A DNA stretch of 32,000 bases, from NCBI GenBank assembly GCA_016432445.1, contig CP066689.1, positions 780,001 through 812,000 on the forward strand. Reading direction: 5' to 3'. A program made the position numbers and the translations under genes. Below the pieces are notes generated by a model, which saw nothing but the letters and a program-made list of their open reading frames with translations, ran no database searches and was not told the origin of the DNA. The stretch is from Candidatus Saccharimonadota bacterium. GTDB lineage: Bacteria; Patescibacteriota; Microgenomatia; UBA1406; GWC2-37-13. Numbering within the stretch: the first letter of the stretch is position 1; each line of letters begins with the position of its first letter. Shown in pieces: positions 25,651 through 32,000 of the stretch.

Positions 25651-28416
25651 ATGAACACTCCTAAACTTTTTTCATGGATTGGGATAACCGCGGTCGTTCT
25701 GTTTTTTCTTTTTTTCTCAACCATAGTTTCATTCGTCACTGACTGGTGGTGGTTTTCCGAGGTCGGCTACACCGAAATTTTCATAAAACCCCTACTTGTC
25801 AAAACATCTCTGGGCATCGCTACAATACTTTTTGCTTCTGCTTTTCTTATAGGTAATTTTTTACTTGCCGCCCGTTCAAAAACTTCCTGGAACGCTTCTC
25901 TTCCGGAGGCTTTGGTCGGTCAACCGATACACTTAAACAAAGGAACTGTTAAAAAGATCAGTGCAATCTTAAGTCTTATCATTTCCGCATTCCTGGGCAT
26001 TATTATCGCTTATAACTGGCACGACATCCTTAAATATTTTTCGGCTATCCCGTTTGGCGAAAAGGATCCTATTTTTAATAAAGACATCTCTTTTTATGTT
26101 TTTTCCCTACCGGTTCTGCAATTATTTCAGTCGGTTTTGGGCATTCTCGCTTTTATATCCCTTTTGGGTTCCATTGCCATCTATTTTCTTCGGGGAAACC
26201 TGAGTATTATCGGTCTTGATCGTAAACCGCGGGTAATTGAATTAAATCCGTTTAAAAAAATTAAAATAGATCCTCAAATAAGAATCCATATTTCAGTTCT
26301 TCTTTTTCTATTCCTGCTGACCAGTGCTTTCGGCGCTTATATTTCCCTCTTCAAACTTCTAATTACTCAAAGTGGACCGGTATTTGGAGCCGCATATACT
26401 GACGCCGCTGTGGCTATTCCCATCATTAAGATCTCTATTGCTGTAACTTTTTTTATCGCTCTTCTGGCACTGTTTTGGGGAATCAGCGGAAAACTTCTGC
26501 CCATCGCAGGGATTATTATCCTTTATCTTCTCGTTGGAACAATCTCGGCGGCCGCTCCGGGAGTTTTTCAGAAACTGATTGTCGCTCCCAACGAACTGAA
26601 AATGGAAACCCCTTTTATCGAACGCAATATCTTAGCCACCCGCAAAGCTTACGACCTGGATAAAATTGAAGAGCGGGAAATACCGGCAGATAAGCCGTTA
26701 ACTGCAGAAGATATCGATAACAATAAACTGACAATTAAAAACGTCAGACTGTGGGACAATGAGCAACTCCTTTCCACTTTTTCCCAAATTCAGGAAATTA
26801 GGACTTATTATGAGTTTGCTTCTGTTGACAATGACCGCTATGTTATTGATGGAGAAATACGCCAGATTATGCTTTCTCCCCGTGAACTGGCGGCAGAAAG
26901 TCTGCCCAACAGAAACTGGATTAACGAAAAACTTACTTTCACCCACGGCTACGGAGTTGCTGCAGGGCCGGTAAACCAGGTCACCTCCGAAGGATTGCCT
27001 GTGCTTTTTGTCAAAGATCTGCCGCCGAAGTCCGAAAAAAAGGAATTGGAGATTACCAGACCGGAAATATATTTTGGAGAACTTACTAATGATTACGCTA
27101 TCGTTAAAACAAAATCAAAAGAATTTGATTACCCGAAAGGAGAAGAAAATGTTTATGCAAACTATCAGGGAAAAGGAGGAATACGGCTAGATTCTTTAAT
27201 AAAACGTATTTTATTTGCCATAAAATTTAATTCTCTTAAACTCTTCCTTTCAAACGATATTACCAATGAAAGCCGTATCCTTTATAATCGAAATATTAGG
27301 GAGCGGGTGGCGAAAATTGCTCCATTTCTTACTTTTGACCGAGATCCGTATATGGCAGTGGCTGACGGAAAAATTTACTGGATCTTTGACGCTTACACCA
27401 AAACAAATTTTTATCCTTATTCCCAACCGTTATCTCTCGGCAACGAAACCTTAAACTATATCAGAAACTCGGCTAAAGTCGTAGTTAACGCTTATGATGG
27501 AAAAATGTCAATTTACCAGATAGATCAAAAAGATCCCATCATCCGCACCTACGCTAAAATCTTTCCTAATGTTTTTCAGCCCCTTTCCGAAATACCTAAG
27601 AGTTTGATTCCTCATCTCCGTTATCCTGAAGATATTTTTACCCTCCAAACAAACATTTACACTACTTATCACATGGATAATTCACAGATTTTTTATAACA
27701 AAGAGGATTTGTGGGAAATACCCAATATCCCCGAAGAAAAGAAAGAGCAAATAAACGCAGATGCTGGAAGCCAGATGGATCCCCGTCATATGATTATGAA
27801 ACTTCCTGGAGAAAAAGCTGAAGAATATATTTTGATGCTGCCGTTTACTCCCCGCAACAAAGATAATCTTTCCGCATGGATGGTGGCCAGAAATGATGGA
27901 GAAAATTATGGAAAACTTATCGTTTACCGTTTCCCAAAACAGAAATTAATCTTCGGTCCCAAACAGGTGATAAGCCGTTTTAACCAGGACGCGGAAATTA
28001 GCCGCCAGATCTCCCTGTGGGATCAGCGGGGTTCTCAAGTTATTCAGGGACCGCTCATGGTTATCCCTATTGAAGAATCTCTCATTTATGTCCGTCCTTT
28101 ATACCTTAAAGCAGAAACAGGAAAAATTCCGGAACTTAAAAGAGTGATTGTTGCCTATGAGAACAAGATTGCCATGGAAAAAACCCTTGAGGAGGCTCTG
28201 GCCAGAATCTTCGGAACAAATATGGAAAACACGATAAGAAAGGAAGTTGAAGTATCGGCAGAACCGGAACCCGCCGATCAAACCTTTCAGGATATACTCA
28301 AACAATCAAATAATCTTTATGAAGAAGCTCTAAACGCCCAAAGGGAGGGTAACTGGGCGAGATACGGTGAAGCCATTCGGAAATTAGGTGAAACTCTTAA
28401 GAAAACAGCCCAATGA
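25651..28416 (+). CDS. UPF0182-family large membrane protein
   Basis: 921 aa. N-terminal multi-TM region starting with the family-typical FVTDWWWFSEVGY motif, then a large soluble C-terminal portion ending in an acidic/coiled tail. Family assignment is from memory of UPF0182/COG1615. Confidence 0.8.
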   Translation: MNTPKLFSWIGITAVVLFFLFFSTIVSFVTDWWWFSEVGYTEIFIKPLLVKTSLGIATILFASAFLIGNFLLAARSKTSWNASLPEALVGQPIHLNKGTVKKISAILSLIISAFLGIIIAYNWHDILKYFSAIPFGEKDPIFNKDISFYVFSLPVLQLFQSVLGILAFISLLGSIAIYFLRGNLSIIGLDRKPRVIELNPFKKIKIDPQIRIHISVLLFLFLLTSAFGAYISLFKLLITQSGPVFGAAYTDAAVAIPIIKISIAVTFFIALLALFWGISGKLLPIAGIIILYLLVGTISAAAPGVFQKLIVAPNELKMETPFIERNILATRKAYDLDKIEEREIPADKPLTAEDIDNNKLTIKNVRLWDNEQLLSTFSQIQEIRTYYEFASVDNDRYVIDGEIRQIMLSPRELAAESLPNRNWINEKLTFTHGYGVAAGPVNQVTSEGLPVLFVKDLPPKSEKKELEITRPEIYFGELTNDYAIVKTKSKEFDYPKGEENVYANYQGKGGIRLDSLIKRILFAIKFNSLKLFLSNDITNESRILYNRNIRERVAKIAPFLTFDRDPYMAVADGKIYWIFDAYTKTNFYPYSQPLSLGNETLNYIRNSAKVVVNAYDGKMSIYQIDQKDPIIRTYAKIFPNVFQPLSEIPKSLIPHLRYPEDIFTLQTNIYTTYHMDNSQIFYNKEDLWEIPNIPEEKKEQINADAGSQMDPRHMIMKLPGEKAEEYILMLPFTPRNKDNLSAWMVARNDGENYGKLIVYRFPKQKLIFGPKQVISRFNQDAEISRQISLWDQRGSQVIQGPLMVIPIEESLIYVRPLYLKAETGKIPELKRVIVAYENKIAMEKTLEEALARIFGTNMENTIRKEVEVSAEPEPADQTFQDILKQSNNLYEEALNAQREGNWARYGEAIRKLGETLKKTAQ

Positions 28417-28571
28417 TAATTCTTTCTCCGATTTTAAAGAAAATATTGCTATCGCTTATCCCTTTTCTTGTTATGTATTTTTTGAAATCAAACGAAAAGA
28501 AAAGTGCCAATAAAAAACCATTTATCATCGATAAAAACAATGTAAAAGAGGGAGAAATCGTGGGGAATTAG
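28413..28571 (+). CDS. possible small membrane protein (52 aa)
   Basis: My own translation: the ATG overlaps the UPF0182 stop (caATGAta). MIILSPILKKILLSLIPFLVMYFLKSNEKKSANKKPFIIDKNNVKEGEIVGN has one hydrophobic helix. It falls below the ORF-track size cutoff, and there is no homology evidence. Confidence 0.3.
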   Translation: MIILSPILKKILLSLIPFLVMYFLKSNEKKSANKKPFIIDKNNVKEGEIVGN

Positions 28572-28743
28572 CGACAAACAGAAAGCACTGCAAGCCAAGG
28601 AAATACTGGACTTTCGAAGTTCAAGGCGGCAGGGACTTTAAAGTTTATCTGAAAAGAGCCGCGAGACTTGAGGAGTTTTACGATCTCACCTGTAACTTGA
28701 AAAAGAGAATGCAAAAATAACGATAAAATGTTATATTGTTTTT

Positions 28744-29178
28744 ATGAGATTTAACTTTGTTCCACAGGAAACAACTATTCAATGGTACCTCGCTCTTAAG
28801 AAACCTTTTTTTGCTCCGCCTTCCTGGGCATTTGGAATAGCCTGGAGCATTCTTTATCCAATTATTTTCTTAAGTTTCGGTTATGTGTTTTATAGAATTT
28901 TTTTGACCAAAAAAAAGAAAAATAAAATTCCCGCCAAAGTGGCTATCCCTTTTGTTTTGAATCTTGTTTTTAATCTTGCCTTTTCTCCAATTCAGTTTGG
29001 TCTTCAGAATAATTTGTTGGCGGCGCTGGATATTACCCTAGTGATTATCACCTTAATCTGGGCTATGAAAGCTGTCTACAAATACTCAAAAGCAGTAACT
29101 TACCTTCAGATTCCTTACCTTATTTGGAGTTTATTTGCTACAGTTTTACAATTTTCCGTAACTCTTTTAAACAAATAA
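28744..29178 (+). CDS. tspO: TspO/MBR family (tryptophan-rich sensory) membrane protein
   Basis: 144 aa, five hydrophobic segments, KKPFFAPPSWAFGIAWSILYP and Trp-rich profile typical of TspO. Confidence 0.85.
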   Translation: MRFNFVPQETTIQWYLALKKPFFAPPSWAFGIAWSILYPIIFLSFGYVFYRIFLTKKKKNKIPAKVAIPFVLNLVFNLAFSPIQFGLQNNLLAALDITLVIITLIWAMKAVYKYSKAVTYLQIPYLIWSLFATVLQFSVTLLNK

Positions 29179-29180
29179 TC

Positions 29181-31016
29181 TTAGTTTTTTTTAAAAAGTT
29201 TTAGGAAGGCTTCTTTTGGAATCTCCACTTTCCCAATCATCTTCATTTTCTTTTTTCCTTCTTTCTGTTTCTCCAAAAGTTTTCTTTTTCGGCCAAAATC
29301 ACCGGCTCCAACCACTTTACTGTTTTTAATAAGGACATCTTTTCTAAAAGGAGCAATCCGCTCTGAAGCAATGATTTTTCCTTTATATCTGGCCTGAATT
29401 TTTACCTCATACTGCTGTTTATGAATTACCTCTTTTAACTTAGTTACCAGTTCTATGCCTTTTTCCTGAGCTCTCTCTGCTACAACTACCTCTGAGAATT
29501 CTTCAACCGGATCGCCATTCAAAAGTATTTCCATTTTATCGGCTTTCACCGGTTCATAACGCAAAAATTCCCAGTCAAGTGAAGCATAACCTGAACTAAC
29601 GCTTTTTAAGTTATCAAAAAAATCAGAAACCATCTCGGACAATGGCATTTCATAAATAAGTGATGTTTGATTCTTATTATCCATAGTAATAAACCGGGCC
29701 CGGTATTTTTCGCAAAGCTGCATGACATTACCCACATATTGATCTGGTGTAATAATAAAAATTTTCACATAAGGCTCATGAAATTGATTATTCTCAACCT
29801 TATACTCAACCTGGGGAGGAGTAAGCACTAAACTTAAATCAAACTCCCGCTCCAAACGCTCCCTAATAACATCAGCGTGAAGTAAACCTAAAAATCCCAC
29901 TCTTAATCCAGCACCCAAGGCCTGACTGTAAATTGAGTTAAACTCCAAAGAAGAGTCATTTAAATAAAGTTTTTCTAAAGCTTTTTTAAGATTTAAGTAA
30001 TCTGCCGTATCTGTTGTAAAGATTGATGCATACACCATGGGATTTATCTTCTTGTACCCTGAAACCACCTGGGATCTTCCTTTTTCATCAACTATGGTGT
30101 CTCCAACTCTTACCTCGTGAATATCTTTCAAGTTTGTAACCACATATCCTATCTGACCGCTGTCTAAAGTTTCAGTTGCCTGAAGCTCAGGATTAAACAT
30201 TCCCACTTCCTGGATCTCAAAATGAAGGCCATTTGAATGCAACTGGACTTTTTGGCTCTTTTTTAAACTCCCTTCAAAAACCCTTACAAATGCAATCACC
30301 CCGCGGTGAGAGTCGTAATATGAGTCAAAGATCAAAGATCGAAAATTAGCGGGTGTCGCGAGTTCAGGGCTCCCATCAGCGTGGACCCCGACGTTTTGTC
30401 GGGGGAACCCTGATGGGAAAAAACGAGCGACAGGCCCCGCTAACGGTGCGGGTATTTTCTCAAAAACAGCTTTCAAAAGCTTCTCAACATTTTCTCCAGT
30501 TTTAGCTGAGATCTCAAAGATATCTTTTTCAGGAATTCCCAGAAAATCAATTAACTGTTGCTTAGTCTTATTAACATCGGCATTAGGCAAATCTATTTTA
30601 TTGATAACCGGGATTATTACCAGATTTTTCTCCAAAGCTTTATAGGCATTAGCGATCGTCTGCGCTTGTATACCTTGGGTGGCATCAACCAATAAGATCA
30701 CCCCTTCAACACAGGCTAAAGTACGATCTACCTCATAGGAGAAATCCACATGACCAGGAGTATCAATCAGATTCAGAATAAATTCTGAATCTAAGATCTC
30801 AGATCTTAGATCTTGGATCTTCGAAGTGTATCTCATCCTCACTGGTGCCAACTTGATGGTAATGCCTCTTTCCCTTGATATTGGATTCCGGTCAAGCATC
30901 TGATCTTCATGGCCGCCAGCTTTTACCAAACCGGTTATTTCCAATAAACGATCTGCCAAGGTCGATTTTCCATGGTCAATATGGGCAATAATGGCAAAAT
31001 TACGGATGTTTGTCAT
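29181..31016 (-). CDS. lepA: translation elongation factor 4 (LepA)
   Basis: FAIIAHIDHGKSTLADRLL, NLIDTPGHVDF, NKIDL, then LepA-specific C-terminal region (...QQYEVKIQA..GKIIASERIAPFRKDV). Carries repeat-derived in-frame segments at 30349-30440 and 30770-30825. Confidence 0.95.
   Translation of the reverse strand: MTNIRNFAIIAHIDHGKSTLADRLLEITGLVKAGGHEDQMLDRNPISRERGITIKLAPVRMRYTSKIQDLRSEILDSEFILNLIDTPGHVDFSYEVDRTLACVEGVILLVDATQGIQAQTIANAYKALEKNLVIIPVINKIDLPNADVNKTKQQLIDFLGIPEKDIFEISAKTGENVEKLLKAVFEKIPAPLAGPVARFFPSGFPRQNVGVHADGSPELATPANFRSLIFDSYYDSHRGVIAFVRVFEGSLKKSQKVQLHSNGLHFEIQEVGMFNPELQATETLDSGQIGYVVTNLKDIHEVRVGDTIVDEKGRSQVVSGYKKINPMVYASIFTTDTADYLNLKKALEKLYLNDSSLEFNSIYSQALGAGLRVGFLGLLHADVIRERLEREFDLSLVLTPPQVEYKVENNQFHEPYVKIFIITPDQYVGNVMQLCEKYRARFITMDNKNQTSLIYEMPLSEMVSDFFDNLKSVSSGYASLDWEFLRYEPVKADKMEILLNGDPVEEFSEVVVAERAQEKGIELVTKLKEVIHKQQYEVKIQARYKGKIIASERIAPFRKDVLIKNSKVVGAGDFGRKRKLLEKQKEGKKKMKMIGKVEIPKEAFLKLFKKN
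30349..30440. repeat. GC-rich three-tier nested hairpin inside lepA coding sequence
   Basis: Outer stem 30349-30359 / 30427-30440 (11 bp with a 3-nt bulge). Middle stem CCCATCAG 30372-30379 / CTGATGGG 30410-30417. Inner stem CCCCGAC 30386-30392 / GTCGGGG 30398-30404 with a 5-nt loop. Encodes roughly LAGPVARFFPSGFPRQNVGVHADGSPELATPAN. Confidence 0.7.
30770..30825. repeat. perfect 10-bp inverted repeat plus heptamer array inside lepA G-domain coding sequence
   Basis: GATTCAGAAT-aa-ATTCTGAATC (30770-30791), then CTAAGAT CTCAGAT CTTAGAT CTTGGAT CTTCGAA (30791-30825). Encodes SKIQDLRSEILDSEFIL just N-terminal to NLIDTPGHVDF. Confidence 0.7.
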
Positions 31017-31020
31017 AATA

Positions 31021-31076
31021 GTTATGGGTTATGAGTTATGAGTTTTGGGCCCAAAACCCAGAACCCATCACTCATC
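31021..31076. repeat. heptamer-array palindrome in the lepA / 31136-ORF divergent spacer
   Basis: GTTATGG GTTATGA GTTATGA GTTTTGG | GCCCAAA ACCCAGA ACCCATC ACTCATC, centred on GGGCCC (31046-31051). The arms pair mostly with transition-type mismatches. It starts 5 nt upstream of the lepA start codon. Confidence 0.75.
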
Positions 31077-31135
31077 ACGCTTATAGATTATATCAATTTA
31101 TATCAAAAACGCTACCCTGATCTAATCTGGAAGAG

Positions 31136-31945
31136 TTGACAACGGAAACCAAAAAAGTTATTATTAAAATAAGTATGGAAATTTCAAAAAGTGGAGAAAA
31201 CTTAGGATTACAAAGTAGTCCTCTCGAAAGAAAAATAGCAATGGCAACAAGGTTTCTTGGTCAAATGGCAGATTTTACATCTGCGGGAATTACAGAAGAA
31301 CAAGTTATAGCCGCCGCAGAAAATGCAAAAGCAAGAATAAGACGTGAATATGAAGAAGAAGCACGCAAGGATGCTTTATTAAGAGTACAGGAAGCGTTAT
31401 TTAATTCTGCCCAGACACCAGAAGAAAGAGCCGTTGCCGGAAGATCAGCCGAGGTAATGGAAACTCAAAGAGTAAACTGGAGAAACCAGATTGAAGAAGC
31501 AAAAAAAAGATTAGGTCCGGATGCCGATTTTAACCAACTGGTTAAAAATGTAGTTGAAAGAAATCTTAGGCCAACTTTTACCTCGGATGGAGGAGTACTT
31601 TTTTATGCTATGGTTGACGCTGTTTGGAAAGATGGTCTCCCTACATTAAGACCATCTGAGGAATATCGAGAGAGAGTTTTAAAAGCGCTTGGAGTATTAG
31701 ATGAAGATCAACCAATCGATTCTTTAGTTAATCTTCCAAAAGAAGGAAAACCGCAATTTTTTTCTCAAGGAAATCGCACCGGAATTGCTAAACACTTACC
31801 TAACTTTATTGAAGATACTACAATATCGGTTTTTATTGACAGGACTTATCCAAGAATAGACTTACTAGCAAATCTTAGTGCCTTGTCAAAAATAGTCAAC
31901 TTTCACCCAGAGCCTAAAATACCTCATATTGAAGAAGCTAAGTAA
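31136..31945 (+). CDS. hypothetical protein (269 aa)
   Basis: ORF only. The track start is a TTG, and the first ATG is at 31175 (MEISKSGENL...), so the start is uncertain. No family recognised. Confidence 0.45.
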   Translation: MTTETKKVIIKISMEISKSGENLGLQSSPLERKIAMATRFLGQMADFTSAGITEEQVIAAAENAKARIRREYEEEARKDALLRVQEALFNSAQTPEERAVAGRSAEVMETQRVNWRNQIEEAKKRLGPDADFNQLVKNVVERNLRPTFTSDGGVLFYAMVDAVWKDGLPTLRPSEEYRERVLKALGVLDEDQPIDSLVNLPKEGKPQFFSQGNRTGIAKHLPNFIEDTTISVFIDRTYPRIDLLANLSALSKIVNFHPEPKIPHIEEAK

Positions 31946-32000
31946 GCTTTTCTTACCAAAAAATCATCGCTTGAAATTGAGGCTATTTTTTCTTAAAATT

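Noticed and set aside
26475-27454. Several 60-82-aa ORFs on both strands inside 25651-28416
   Set aside because: All are nested in the 921-aa UPF0182 ORF, and none has independent support.
28535-28720. 62-codon open frame (…KYWTFEVQGGRDFKVYLKRAARLEEFYDLTCNLKKRMQK*) in the relatively GC-rich spacer before tspO
   Set aside because: There is no ATG, GTG or TTG start in frame and no recognisable family. It could be a decayed gene remnant or a non-coding RNA, but I cannot support either.

Overview
AT-rich bacterial chromosomal window. The gene style suggests an uncultivated, small-genome bacterium, but I cannot assign a taxon from sequence alone. Two housekeeping blocks flank a visibly more AT-rich accessory segment of about 15.5 kb (about 10.1-25.6 kb). 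The left block (1-10.1 kb) holds Nudix, gyrB, hppA, gyrA, folD, miaA and a TIGR04076-like gene. The right block (25.6-32 kb) holds a UPF0182 membrane protein, tspO, lepA and a hypothetical gene. The accessory segment contains three things. (i) A six-gene translationally coupled operon: GTP cyclohydrolase I, a 444-aa orphan, a fused transketolase-like enzyme, an SDR, an alpha/beta hydrolase and a Nudix. I read this as a candidate undescribed GTP/pterin-derived pathway. (ii) A defence-island-like set: a PD-(D/E)xK-type protein plus a Pif1-family helicase, a convergent putative nuclease, rhuM, kilA-N, a YdeN-type hydrolase and small orphan genes. (iii) Clear rearrangement scars: a duplicated 55-bp leader, 41-bp direct repeats 2.28 kb apart, and a tspO 5' relic. 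The window also carries unusual short repeats: degenerate heptamer arrays arranged as long imperfect palindromes in intergenic spacers, and GC-rich hairpins. Several of these sit in-frame inside gyrA, miaA and lepA. I recognised no rRNA, tRNA, CRISPR array, transposase or integrase. All functional calls rest on motifs I can read in the translations, and no database search was possible.
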